Shown: piece by piece, positions 28,306 to 42,481 of the stretch
How the letters are laid out: every line of letters begins with the position of its first letter
How positions within the stretch are numbered: position 1 is the stretch's first letter
DNA from: Octopus vulgaris
Lineage: Eukaryota
DNA length: 64,000 bases
NCBI GenBank assembly: GCA_951406725.2
Contig: OX597817.1
Coordinates: 129,332,001-129,396,000 of the forward strand
Direction of reading: 5' to 3'
Made by a program: the position numbers and the translations under genes
The notes under the pieces: generated by a model
The model's database searches: none
What the model saw: the letters and a program-made list of their open reading frames with translations, nothing else
What the model was told of the DNA's origin: nothing

Positions 28306-29685
28306 TTATCCCATCCATCGAAATTGCTGGACAAAATTTAAATCCCATATGTAATAAGTTATTCTTTTGAGCCAATTAATAGCTTTGTAAAGCGGGATTT
28401 CTTTCTTTTTTTTTTTTCTTATAGAGACCTTTCGGTATTTCATTTGCATAACAGTATATGCACAAAGTCTTTTCCACAGAGTACCAATATCATTAGCCAT
28501 ATTGTCGTAAATACATTTAATGTGGAAAAATTCAAGGCTGATCTTCAAATTAATACTGATTGAAGAAGCTTTACATCTTACTAAGTCGGCAAGATTCCAG
28601 AAGTACATATTCTTGCCATATGAATACCTCGCACTATCTTTTCTCTTACATTCGGTTTTCCTGCCTTACATATTATGTGTGTGCGTGTATGTGCCTCTGT
28701 GTGCGCGCGTGTGTGTATGCGCGCGTGTGTGTGCGTGTGTGTGTACATATATATATTATGTGTGTATATATATATATATACATGCGCGCATATACGGGGG
28801 AATGTGTAGGCACATGCATAGAAAGAGAAAAATATGTACATATCTATACACATACACTTATTTACACGAGCGTGCGAATTTACGTATAAGTAGATATATG
28901 TGAATTCAGAGTGTAAATGTAAAGGCTCAAAACACACATTGCATTAACATTTTAATGATCGTATCATATTACTTTCTCTTGACACTTGCAGGCTACAAAT
29001 CTTCTAAAAGCATATATTTGTTTTCGTATTGGCGCATGTATGTATTTGTATGTTTCTGTGTTTGTATGAGTCAGAATATATGTTACCCTGTCTATATCTG
29101 TAGTTGTGTCTGTCTGTAGACTTAAAGGACATTTTCTATCTCTTTATTTATGTTGATGGTTATCAATAAGATCCGGCCTCTAATCGTCTATATATCATTA
29201 ACTGTTATCTGTAACATCGGTCCTTAAGCTCTTTCCTTACAAGTTGTCTGCCTGGAAATCTGACGGCCTGTCTACCTATCAATCTTAATTTTCAACCACC
29301 CAACCATCAATTCATCCAGCCATCTATCCATCTACCAATAGAGATTCTATACGATCAATAAATCTGATAGAAATAGCAGCCAAATGTCTTTCTAATTACA
29401 AAGCTTTTATTATAAAAATGGAAGGATATATTAGTTAATGCAAAGATAAACCTTGTCTGAAAAAAAAGGGGTGAGAGCTACGATTAGAATGCTTTTAATT
29501 ACAGGCCTACCTTATCAGAGCTCACCTGATGTTACGCAAAAACAAAAATAGTCTATCCGTTCAACTTTCAGACATCTAGTCAGCCAGTGACCTTACATCC
29601 AGTTCGCCGTCCATCGATGTATTTTTCCAATAATCTAGTCAGCCAGCCAATCAATCAGTCCAGCATCCATCCCATCAGCTATTCA

Positions 29686-30909
29686 TTGTCAAACAAATTA
29701 CATTTCTTTTTCTCCAAATTTTTATTGAATTCGTAGTTTAGTTAATTATATTAAAGCGAATAATTGCATGATAACTATTTGTATGAAAATTTTACTTCAA
29801 ATGTTCATTTTCAATACTTGAGTTAACAATAAAAGAAGTTGATTTTATATGCATACACTCACAGATACAATTTAACTTGAGCTACACTCCCTATATAAGC
29901 TAAATACTAAAATGATTTGAATCATTTGAATTACATTAAACTTTTCATTTTGATACAAGATCAAAAATACAAATTTTTGCCAATAAATTATTTATAGTTA
30001 TTTGTCATTATTTCTTCATATGATTACAAACTTAAACTAAAATTGTTTGGAAGAATACAGATTCATTTTTATTGGTTGTTAATGCAATCAGTTTATGTGT
30101 AATTATCTGATGCATTTTACAAACTAAAGGAAACCTTGATCATCACTCATATATCCATATGAAAATTATCATTTTCAAATAATTATTATGTTTATATGAT
30201 CGTGGCTGTGTGGTAAGTAGCTTGCTTACCAACCACATGGTTCCGGGTTCAGTCCCACTGCGTAGCACCTCTTCTACTATAGCTTCGGGCCGACAAAAGC
30301 CTTGTGAGTGGATATGGTAGACAGAAACTGAAAGAAGCCCGTCGTATATATGTATATGTATGTGTGTGTTTGCGTTTGTCCCCCCAACATCGCTTGACAA
30401 CCGATGATGGTGTGTTTACATCCCCGTAACCTAGCGGTTCGGCAAAAGAGACCGATAGAATAAGTACTAGGCTTACAAAGAATAAGTCCTGGGGTCGCTT
30501 TGCTCGACTAAAGGCGGTGCTCCAGCATGGCCACAGTCAAATGACTGAAACAAGGAAAAGAGTAAATGAGTTATTTGTCATTATTTCTTCATAAGATTAC
30601 AGACTTGAACTAAAATTGTTTGGAAGATTACAGATTCATTTTTATTGGTTGTTAATGCAATCAGTTTATATGTAACTATCAGATGAATTTTACAAACTAA
30701 AGGAAACCGTGATCCTCACACATATATCCATATGAAAATTATCATTTTCAAATAATTATTATTTTTATATGATCATTAATTATCAGACAAATTACATTTC
30801 TTTATTCCAAAATTTTATTGAATTCGTAGTTTAGTTAATTATATTAAAGCGAATAATTGCATAATAAATATTTGTATGAAAATTTTACTTCTAAAGTTCA
30901 TTTTCAATA
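29686..30909 (+). repeat. Local direct duplications (A-X-B-SINE-B'-A') around SINE A at 30202-30565
   Basis: 29996-30201 ≈ 30569-30773; 29686-29818 ≈ 30781-30909. Confidence 0.88.
30202..30565 (+). mobile_element. SINE family A
   Basis: Colinear with 1861-2285, lacking the first ~9 nt. Confidence 0.88.
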
Positions 30910-31399
30910 AACAATAAAAGAATTCAGTATTTTTTATCATAAAATATGTATAATTTTGTATCATAAAGCTCTATACATATTTTTATTGTCTGATACTCTT
31001 ACTATCTCATTATCACATATTTACTGTTTGTCGTTTGAGACTTCAGTACTTTTCTACTCTTACTCTTTCCCTGAAGTTTACCACTCAACTTCTCTGACTT
31101 TATCATTTGATAAACCCTGTTTAAGAGAATTTATATTTTGACGATATAGTAATTCGCCGTTACTTCCAAAACGAATATGAAGGATTCATAAAATATTTAA
31201 TGAACTATATCAGTTATTATAAGCATTATTTTCAAGGGAGATACTTTTGCAATCAAATTCAAAAGTTGTATAAGATTTTCATCCTTCAACTCACCTCATC
31301 CTTCAACCGATGGTTTAATAATTTTATGTCTCTCTACTTCGCATACCGTGGTAAATAAACCAAAAGAAAAGAAGAAGACTAACAAACAATAGATAATAC

Positions 31400-31462
<63 letters not shown>

Positions 31463-31886
31463 AAAAAAGAAAGAAAGAGGGAAGGAGAGAGAGAGCGTGA
31501 TTTTCTATGATATTCACCATTGATAGGCCAATTTCGACGGTATTTGTCCCTAGCTAAATCTCTTATTGTTGTGCTGTGTCAAAAATGCAGTAATTATCGG
31601 AGGGAAAGGAAAATCCACTGCTGTGAATTAAGTATTCGCTGATGTTGCGAATAACCACCAGACTGAATAATACAAGATGAATAGGCAGTATTAACATAGA
31701 TGCCGATACATCTTGAGATAACATCTGTTACGGGCCTGCTATGTTAAAACACAATAAATATCGGAGGGTGGCGAATAATCACGCCAGTAGCAGCTAGTGA
31801 GAACGCCAGATGCAGTAAATAGTCTATCAATGGTATATATTCATTACGAATGAGGCATAGATGATTGTATTAATTTTATACTGCTT

Positions 31887-31990
<104 letters not shown>

Positions 31991-32792
31991 GTATATATGT
32001 ATGTATATAAACATTACGCCTTGAAACAAAAAAAACATAGACCTCCCATAAGTAATGTAAAAATATAATTAAGAAATATAAAAAATAAACAGGTGAAATG
32101 ATTCTGTTCTTTTTCAGAAATACTTTACTCGTTTCTTTTGAAATTTCTTAAAATGTGGGATTTGTGTCATAAAATTGAGAAAGCTTTCATCATAAAAACA
32201 TCCTCTTTCTTTTTCTCACTTACTTTTTCGCAATGCAGACAAATATTCCCCTTCTTGGTGTAGGCTCTGCCAAACTCAAGAATTTTCCTTTTTGTATGTT
32301 AGTTTGAATTTCTAATTTTAAATTCCTCATCAAAAGGGATAGCTATGTTCTAATTTTTTTGCGGCATTATTGGCAATATTTTTTATTATTATCACATTTC
32401 TTGGCATGAGTTTACGGGTGGAACTATAAACCTTTTTACCGCTGAACCTCTTGACAACATCATCCAAAATAATTTAAGTTGAATTTTCGTCTACAATCCA
32501 TTACAACCAATAAAGACTTCATATTGTATGACTTCTTCTTGAATCTCCCGTTTGGGGACTCGATACATTTAATGGGTTAATATTACATTCACATAAATCA
32601 TTGATACGCGTATATTTTGAATGTATCTATTTATGTTGGCTTCAAATAAGAGTAAACCCTAACAAAGGGTATGCATATATGTATAAAGGTGTGTATGTGT
32701 GTTTGTGTGTATACATACATACATACATACAGACAGACAGACAGACAAAGAGACAGGCACACAGACACACAGACAGATAGATAAATAGATAA

Positions 32793-32863
<71 letters not shown>

Positions 32864-33264
32864 CAAAGAAGGGGGAGCTAGAGAGAGGTAATAGATAATA
32901 TTGCTTACTCGCCGGCACCATATCCTCGTTTAAAACATACATTATAATCGATCACGTATTTCGAGCTGCTTCGACCGAGATTCTCCAGTCCATTGACCAA
33001 ATAATAGATAACCACAATTAGCAATAAATCTCAGACCTTGTGCCTATATAGGAAATTGCTTAAACATATATAAAAATTGTGCATAAGTGTCTTTAATTTC
33101 TTCTTCTCTCCACTTAATGGTGTTTCTTTTCGACGGGAATTATTTAGAGAATAAAGAAAGATGTCGTATAGCAACTTCCGCTTCGTGTTTGCTGATTGTT
33201 TGTGTTGATAACAGAGAAGAAAGGGCAAGTACGATATAATTCAGTATTAGTATAAGATTGAAAG

Positions 33265-33299
<35 letters not shown>

Positions 33300-34156
33300 T
33301 ACCTTAGGCTATGCGTTTACTTTAAGTTATACAACACATTACTTTAGGCTATACATCCATTCATATATATGCGTTCGTGCGCTGTTATTATTAATCGTCC
33401 CATTTGGAACGAGGTAAACGATAGATTATGGAAAGTACTTCGAGTATTTCGAGATGAGAAGGTATATTTATTCATCAATTAAATAAATGATTATGACATG
33501 ACTAGTTCTTATACTCAGTGATGGATTTATCAGGGTGTTTTTGAATGCTACTTTATAAGCATATAATTCAATCTAGCAGCTATGGTAAATGGTATGAGCA
33601 CAGCCCCATCTGGACTAATTCACTTCTGCACTCAATTAAATTTTTCATCTTTTAATTTCTCCCATTCATGCAAAGCCACATATTCGAGTTCAAGTCCTTG
33701 ATACATTTTATACTAATTGCTATTTTTTCTTTTAATTGTTATATTACGATTTAATTACCATTTTAATAAAATAAAATATATTTAATTACTACCTACTATA
33801 TTTACTATATTTAATTCAATTGTTATTATTACCTCTAACTTTTATTGCAATTTTTATTTCTAAATGTCTTATGGAACGTTGAGTGGATCTTATGCGTACA
33901 ATATATTTTTATATGATGCTTATATAGTTCCAAACGTCGGGCTTTATGTCTGTTCTGTATATATAAATGAATATATGAATATATGTATGTGTTTGACCTT
34001 TCTGTGGATTTTGTAGTGCTTTTGTAGTTGCTGCTCGCATTGCCTCCTCTCGGATTAAAAAGTGTATACAGCTCATTTGAGCACTACTGTTCCAGTCTGT
34101 TATATATTTTGAGCGTTGTTGTCACTAACGATCTCAAGATATAACTTTATATTTTG

Positions 34157-34217
<61 letters not shown>

Positions 34218-34224
34218 CATATAC

Positions 34225-34467
34225 ATACAATAGATAGATGTTTTTGTTTCACTTTTAACACGTAATACTGAAATAGTGGAGAAGATATGATACTGCTGTG
34301 GGCTCGCTCTAGGCAAGAAGTTAAACATTTTTTTTTGCCGATGACACTCCCCAGACCCTAGGTAAGGCATGTGAGAAATTTGAATGAAATCGGTTGCGTA
34401 GTTCTCAAGTTTTAGGGAAACACACAGACAGACAGACAGACACACATTCTCAGTTTTATATATAGAG
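34225..34467 (-). mobile_element. Non-autonomous Helitron-like 5' fragment
   Basis: Minus strand begins TCTATATATAAAA…(GTCT)n…caaccgatttcattcaaattt, the same organisation as 42078-42455. Confidence 0.55.
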
Positions 34468-34737
34468 AGATAACTATAAAAGAGAGTTTGTGTGTGTGTG
34501 TGCGTATGTTCCTTATGCATTCCAAAACCGATTTGCCGATTTTCAAGTAAGAAGTATCAAAAGATTCAATAAGCTTTTGGTTACCAACTAAACTATATTT
34601 TCATTAACATATTTGCTTACAAAAATTTTACAATAGCGAGCTCATTCCATACGCAAAATACTTTTTCGCAAAATACTTTTTCGAGATCAGCGACAGTTTG
34701 TGTGTGGAATGCATTTTCCTCACTAGCTCGTGATTAT

Positions 34738-34782
34738 CACACACTGATGACGGGTCACTACTCAGAAACCCGGGTCTGTGTG
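34738..34782 (+). ncRNA. Type I hammerhead ribozyme motif
   Basis: CACACA-CTGATGA-cGGGT cact ACTCa-GAA-ACCCGGGT-C-TGTGTG; 6-bp stem I; palindromic stem III; GUC site at 34774-76. Confidence 0.8.
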
Positions 34783-35591
34783 TATCATGTAAGGCTAGGG
34801 ATGGAACGATGATTTTCCCCTTGCAAATACTAATCGGACACAGTGTGTCGTTTAGCCAGCTGGAGGAGATGTCTTCTTGGGGCTAAAAACAACAGCAGCA
34901 TCGTCCTCTATGAAACCGCCACATTTAGTTGGCAATATTTTACTATGCATACATACATACATACATACAAACATACATACATATATACATATACATACAT
35001 ACATACGTACATATAAATATATATATATGTGTATATATATATATACACATTTAACAATGCTGCTTTTACATATAACGGACAATTCAATATCATATTTTAC
35101 TTTTACACTCACAAATATATGATTTACTTCCTGTGTGTATATATATATACATTATATCATATAATATTATATGTATATTTGCTTGTCTGTAAGTCTGTCT
35201 ATCTGTATGTATGTATGTATGTATGTATGTATATTGAATTGTCCGTTATATGTAAAAGCAGCATTGTTAAATTAAAACAGCTCGTGTTTAATACTTATTG
35301 TAATTACATCGTTGGAAGGCCAATTTACTGTGGTATTCGTCAAGATATAACATCTCTGATGGATGCGTTGTGCTTAAAACAAAATATATATCGACGTAGG
35401 ATGAAAATAGTTTCCGCAGCTGCTAACAAAATTGACAGACGCATTTCAGCTGCAACGAAGCTTGTTAATGACATGTACTCATAGCCAGACACATGCTACG
35501 AGACTTGTTTATTTTTATTTTAATACTGTTTCTATTGCATATAACGGTGTAGTTGTTCTCAATATAAGTGAATGTTAAGTGAATGTTAAGG

Positions 35592-35770
35592 CTTAGCGGC
35601 ATTTCGTCCGTCTTTACGTTCTGAGTTTAAATTCCGCCGAGGTCGACTTTGCCTTTCATACTTTCAGGGTCGATAAAACAAGCACCAGTTGAAAACTGGA
35701 GTCGGTGTAAACGACTTGCCCCTTTTCTAAAATATTGCCGGCCTTGTGTCAAAATTTGACACTAATATTA
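35592..35770 (+). mobile_element. SINE family B, 5'-truncated variant
   Basis: tacgttctgagtt.aaattccgccgaggtcgactttgcctttca core. Confidence 0.75.
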
Positions 35771-36095
35771 GTGAATGTTTATTGATTATTTTCCTATATA
35801 TCGGAAGCGATAAGTTGCGTCTAAGCAATTGGCCGTCCGTGAGTTCACATCCTTGATAAGTTTCGGCGAGGCCGAAATCCGGCGCTAGCCTTCGATATAC
35901 ACTGAATTTTTAAAGAAAGATCATCCACAAAGATATTATTTCTGGCCGAATATCGCGGTAAATTTGCTTTCAAGCATATATTTACATAGTTATCTGCATT
36001 GAATTATATATTGCCAGCACAATCACACACTTTTATGCTTGTGAAATTCCAAGTAAGAAAAGGTAGAATCCCAACAATATATATGAGTGTGTACA

Positions 36096-36193
<98 letters not shown>

Positions 36194-36217
36194 TGTATGT
36201 ATGTATGTATGTACGTC

Positions 36218-36283
<66 letters not shown>

Positions 36284-36979
36284 TAGAAGGTTTGGAGATG
36301 ATGTACAGGTATATATTAGAAGAAATGAGGTACTCAGAAATCTGGATGGTTTTATATTTACAGATATTTATTAGTATGTTACATGTTTTTATAAATCATA
36401 TATCATATATTAGCGCTTTCGTCCACTATACTTACACATACACACGCATATTTATATATGTATACATATATCTGTAGATATATGGTTTTTGATTCGTGTG
36501 GTCTATACTCAGGGTTTCATAGGCACACAAGCATGCGTTTAATCAGATTTTCACAATCAATAAATTTCTGGTACATTTTGCTTCCAAGTTAGTTTGCTAT
36601 TGGTCGCTTTTAATGAAATTCTCAGCAGATATGCCGCATCACACGATGAAAATCTTTGAAAACTGCAGCGTACGTTCCTGCAAAACTTTATCAAGTTGTA
36701 AAGTATATGGGAGTAGCGAATCGGGCTATATAACTCGGTAAAACAGCTAATTCTTTGAGTTTATTTGCCATTATTTCCCGAGTTAGTTTGAAGTAACTCG
36801 TGACAGATCTAGACGATTTGAATTAAACTGATGGTGGAATTATTTGGTTTAAGCTGACTTATTACAAGTGTTCGTCTGTGATACCATTGAAAAGTCTCTG
36901 TAGCTTCTTCGGGATAACCAGCTAACATTGACAGGCAGCAACTGCAATTATCTAATACACAGAATCAAAGACAAATCCT

Positions 36980-37408
36980 TTCTTATTTCTTTATTGCCCA
37001 CAAGGAGCTAAACATAGAGGGGACAAACAAGAACAGACAAACGGATTAAGTCGATTACATTGACCATTGACCCCAGTGCGTAACTGGCACTTAATTTATC
37101 GACCCCGAAAGGATGAAAGATAAAGTCGACCTCGGCGGAATTTGAACTCAGAACGTAACGGCAGACTAAATACCTATTTCTTTAATACCCACAAGGGGCT
37201 AAACACAGAGCGGACAAACAAGGACAGATAAAACGGATTAAGTCTATTACATCGACCCCAGTGCGTAACTGGTACTTATTTAATCGACCCCGAAAGGATG
37301 AAAGGCAAAGTCGACCTCGGCGGAATTTGAACTCAGAACGTAACGGCAGACGAAATACCGCTAAGCATTTCGTCCAACGTGCTAACGTTTCTGCCAGCTC
37401 GCCGCCTT
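36980..37408 (-). mobile_element. SINE family B dimer
   Basis: Two cores with the same junction as 27780-28305. A possible TSD, acaaatcctttct, occurs at ~36971 and ~37413. Confidence 0.88.
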
Positions 37409-37879
37409 AAAAACAAATCCTTTCTACCAGGATACATTGTGTCAGTCATGTTCCTGGTTCTAATGCTTTCAAGTGGAACAAGTCAAGGAAGTTGCGTTTA
37501 TCTGTTCACATCCACTAGCACCGCAACAACAACCACACCTACTAAATCTATGACACTTAAACCAACGATATAACCACACAACCAAGGCTACATTCATCCC
37601 CACAACCACCTCCATCGTCCACTTTACGACACAGCAAAACCCACACAGACTCCGAAAGAAGCAACTCGTCCAATCCGTATTCCTCGTTTGCTAATGATCG
37701 GAACACCCTTTCCCCTTTGTGCGCTTACTCGTGTTATGAGTGCACCGCCCTCGTTAACTGGTGTAACCTGTAAGTGAAGGGGGCAATGGGTAGTATTGAC
37801 CTTTGCTTCTCTTTGGGTCAAATAATATATAAAGAATAATGACAACAGCAGCTATAACGAAATAAAAAAACAAAAGCAC

Positions 37880-39020
37880 TGACAACAACCAACAAACATC
37901 ACCATTTACACTATCACCACCACCACCACATCTCAGAACTGGAACCAAAACTACAACACCACCACCTCCACTATCGCAAACACCTCGACTTCAACCATTA
38001 CCACCACCACTGCCACCACCATATCACCACAAGCTCTAAAAGAATCACTAGCACCACCGTCGCTACTACAACCATCACCACTCACCATTATTACCACCAA
38101 GACTATTACCAATGGCACTACAACAACGATCATTACTCCTACCTTCTCCACCACTACCACCTTTACAACCACTACTATTACCATCATCACCACTACCTTC
38201 ACAACTACCACACCATCTTCACAACCACCGTCACCATCACAACCACCACCACTATCTTCACAACCCCCACCTCCTTCATAACCACCATCATCATTACCAC
38301 TACTGCTACCACCGCTACTCCACCGCAACTTCTACTACAACCGCTACTACCCCATTACAACTAACATCGCTACCACTACGGGTACTACACCACCACCAAC
38401 AACACCACTATCACTACATCCCCACCACCACCACTACTACTACCTCACCACCATTATGGCCACCTTGACACCACCACCGCCACTACCACCACCACCACCG
38501 CCGCCGCCGCCGCCACCACACCACCACCACCACCACCACCATCCACCTTTGTGAATAAAACTGACTTGATGAATTAGAAACCTTACCGAGATACTGAACA
38601 TTATAGCTGGTAACTCATTAATCTTTCTGTCATTTAACATTCGTTACCACACGCACTATCACTATCATACTACTACCACCACCACCACATTAATTTCTAC
38701 CACTACCACAACAACGACTGTTAACACCGCTGTCTCCGTCACTGCTGGCAACATTCCCCTCAACTACGACCGCGATCAACGCAACCACCCCTATTAACTC
38801 ATAATGTTTGCTTAACACCTACATGAATACTATTGCAGCCGCTACTCCTAATATCCACTTCAATATAACACCCACCCAAAAATGGTTATCATCTCTGTCT
38901 CCGACATCATCGCTTTTAATCCTTCCCAATAAAACTATTGCCACAACTGAAGCCTTACATCCCAACAGGAACAATAACACCAACACCACCACCACCGTTG
39001 CCACCACCACTCACCATTAA
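37880..39020. repeat. ACC/ACT-rich low-complexity region
   Basis: Degenerate trinucleotide runs. Confidence 0.85.
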
Positions 39021-39183
39021 CGTCACATACGCATGCATATATATATTTATGGACTGCCATATTAGTTTGGCGAAAACTATTAATATCCAGTAACGCTGCC
39101 GTAATCTCCTTTAGAGAGACTTAGTAATTTTAATATTTCTATTATATATATATATATATATATATGTAGATATTTAATATTTC

Positions 39184-39215
<32 letters not shown>

Positions 39216-39692
39216 AGATATTGTTGCTGTTATGTTAAACTGTCGTATATCCAAGTTTGGCCTAATGCGTATTTTTGTTCAATATCTAATTTATTATTTT
39301 TTTTTGGTCAAGCTATCGAATCTCCATGTGCTTCAGATGAAAATTGACGAAGCGTAGTACAACGGTTTAGCATTTTTCAAAAGTGTAGTAAGCCCCTTAT
39401 ACGACAGTTTTGCAAAAATATTTCTGACTGAAAATATCATATATGCATAGAGCTACGATTTTACGCACCCAACAAAGTAATATTGATAAATTGAAACTGT
39501 TACAAATGTGAAAAAGAAATGGAATGGTGAAACTACTTTTCGTTTGCTGAAAAAGCAACGTTTTGGACTTACGACACTTTTGCATTATAGCAACGATAAA
39601 TATATATGTGTGTGTGAGTGTGTGTGTGTATGTGTGTGTGTGTGTGTGTGTGCATGCGTGCGTGCGTGCGTGTGTGCGTGTGTGTGTGTGTG

Positions 39693-39978
39693 TGGAGGCG
39701 CAATGGCCCAATGGTTAGAGTAGCGGACTCGCGGTCGTAGGATTACAGTTTCGCTTCTCAGGCCGGACGTTGTGAGTGGTTAGTGAGCGAAAACACTGAA
39801 AGCTCCACGAGACTCCGGCAGGGGTGATGGCGATCCCTGCTGTACTTTTTCGCCGCAACTTTCTCTCGTTCTTTCTTCTGTTAGCCAATGAGGTGGCGTC
39901 ATTTGAAGGCTAAAACAATGCGAAGCGCAATATGACCAGTGATGTGTAGCAACATGATAGCCTGGTCGGTCACGTAAT
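39693..39978 (+). mobile_element. SINE family D (tRNA-Arg-like head), tail type 3
   Basis: ggaggcgcaatggccca.tggttag…gactcgc head with a TCG anticodon-like loop; related copies at 41484, 46322 and 56277. Confidence 0.8.
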
Positions 39979-39996
39979 ATATATATATATATATAT

Positions 39997-40569
39997 ATAA
40001 TTAATGTAGGATAAAATTTTTTCGGGAAAAAAAATTATCAATGGCCAGCATATCAAAAAATACCTTTAAAAGTTAAATTTATAAATAATTTACAAAATAA
40101 GGGCAAAAGAAAAATTCTAATGCCAAATACGCCGAAAAAAAGACAATAATTGTCAATAAACCATTATAATTTATGCGTCTCGAAACAAACCGATAGAAAT
40201 CTCTAAAAAATTCGTTATTACCGTATTGGTCCAATTTCGGGGTTAATTCGTAAGAAATTTTCCCCTCTTCAGCGGCAAATACGCGAGATATAAGTGAAAT
40301 ACTTACTCATACCCATGGAAAAAGCAAGCACTAAGTCCCGAGCAGAACTAAGTACCCCAAATATATCCAAAATAGAAAAATCTTCGGCACATCTCCAGAC
40401 ACGTGTGATTCGAACTAGAAACTTTCACAGAGTGAGAGAATCCGGAAGTGAACACTATTCAATTTATAATTAATGTAGGATGACGCATAAATTGTAATGG
40501 TTTATTGACAATTATTGTCTTTTTTTCGGCATATTTGGCATTAGATTTTTTCTTTTGCCCTTATTTTGT

Positions 40570-40577
<8 letters not shown>
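39997..40577 (-). mobile_element. PLE-like pseudo-LTR element with a direct repeat, an inverted segment and a hammerhead, flanked by (TA)n
   Basis: ataattaatgtaggat at ~39997 and ~40466; 40085-40178 matches the reverse complement of 40482-40577. Confidence 0.75.
40218..40278 (-). ncRNA. Type I hammerhead ribozyme motif
   Basis: TTGCCG-CTGAAGA-GGGG…CCCC-GAA-ATTGG A CCAAT-A-CGGTAA; all three stems pair. Confidence 0.82.
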
Positions 40578-40607
<30 letters not shown>

Positions 40608-41117
40608 TGTATAAATTTAGTATTTTCGATTAATGTGTATATGTTGATTAGTGTGTTGAAGTGTTTGGTAAACTACTGGCACAGTATGAGCTACCTGGTG
40701 TCATCCGCAGTCGGAATATATTCTCGATGGATCTACTTCAGGAAGTCCGCAGTATTAGTTGAGTTAATAATAATAAATTCCTAAGTAATCAGAGGATGGA
40801 TTTGGATATTATTTTCGATGTCGTGTTGTTTTATGCCCTAACAAAATGGGCTTATAACAACACGACAGCCAAATCTCAGTTTCTTTAGCGAGACACAACT
40901 TTATGTATGGATGTACCTAACGAAATTCAAACTGCAAAATAGATGTGACACATGTTAAACGGAGTCCATTCCATTAGGGACATAAGCAGGATGAGTTGAA
41001 ACAACTGTTGTACAAAGTAAAGATTAATACCAAATCCATTTTCTGATTATTTAAGAAATTATTATTATTATTATTATTATTACTATTATAATGTTTATAT
41101 GTACAACATACATATAT

Positions 41118-41220
<103 letters not shown>

Positions 41221-41483
41221 ATATACATATATATACATATATATACATATACATATATATATATATACATATATACATATATATATATATATACATATAT
41301 ATACATACATATACATATATATATATATATATACATATATATATACATATATACATACTTATACACATGCATGTATATATATGTGTGTGTATATATATAT
41401 ATATATTTATACGCATGTATATATCTATGTATATACATATATATATATACATATATATATGTATATACATATGTATATATATA

Positions 41484-41637
41484 TCACATGATCACATGAC
41501 CGACCAGGATATCAAAAGTTGCTATACACTTTAGGTGTTTTCGCTCAATAAACACTCACAACGCCCAGTCCGGGAATCGAAACCGCGATCCTACGACCGC
41601 GAGTTCGCTGCCCTAATCACTGGGCCATTGCGCCTCC
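41484..41637 (-). mobile_element. SINE family D, internally deleted
   Basis: The D head is joined directly to the end of tail type 3. Confidence 0.78.
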
Positions 41638-41919
41638 ATATATATATAGCAGTCATCACCACAGCTGGCTTTGTCATTATCTCTATTCACCAAAAATACA
41701 CACACACACACACACACACGCACGCACAAACACACTTGTCATCTTGCACACACACACACACACACACAGGCATTCCCTTTTTTTGGAACTCTCTTGCATT
41801 ATAAAACCATTTTTCAACTACCTCCAAATTCTGTTCTTTTCAACATGTGATCTCTTAAGCACCACCAGCTCAAATATTGTCTCCTCTGTCTTCCCTCCTT
41901 GGGATCTTTCCTTCTCCTT

Positions 41920-41954
41920 GTTTCCGACGAAGAGCTCCGCTCGAAACGTTAAAC
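41920..41954 (+). ncRNA. Minimal hammerhead-like motif, variant core CCGACGA, in a short PLE-like element (~41770-42065)
   Basis: GTTT-CCGACGA-A-GAGC tcc GCTC-GAA-ACGT-T-AAAC. Confidence 0.58.
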
Positions 41955-42077
41955 CCTCCTTCCTTTCTTTCCTGAGCGTCAATAATACTTTAATTGTTCC
42001 ACGTCCTGCGTTGCTGTGTTTTTTTCTCTTTTTTTCTGTGTTCTCTTGTTTGGATTAACTTTATATATATATATATA

Positions 42078-42444
42078 CTAGCAGTATCGCCCGGCGTTGC
42101 TCGGGTTTGTAACGGAAATAACTATAAAGCATCTTTAGAGAGTTATAGCCAAAAAATAGCAAAAAAATGGGGGAAAAAATGATGATAAATTTTTTTTTGA
42201 TAGTTAAAAAGGTCGAGTTGCGTCCCCTAGACCATCTGTGGTTTGTTTCTGATTGTCGACCCCATGTCGAATTTATCGATCTTTTTCAGAACTGGGGGAA
42301 CTTTTCAAAATTTTCGCTGCGTTAGTTTTGAATTATGACATTGGGCTATGTGTGTGTCAAGTTTCATCAGAATCGGTTGAAAGCCGTGGTCAGAGTGAGG
42401 GTACAACCAAACAGACACACAGAAACACACACAGACAAACTGCC

Positions 42445-42455
<11 letters not shown>
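42078..42455 (-). mobile_element. Non-autonomous Helitron-like element
   Basis: Minus-strand 3' end is a GC hairpin CCCGAGCAACGCCGGG, then about 7 nt, then CTAG|T. The 5' end reads TATATATAAAcggcagtttgtctgtgtg. Confidence 0.72.

Positions 42456-42478
<23 letters not shown>

Positions 42479-42481
<3 letters not shown>

Noticed and set aside
37951-38640. Mucin- or extensin-like Thr/Pro/His-rich ORFs
   Set aside because: Degenerate ACC repeats, open in several frames, with no start or splice context.
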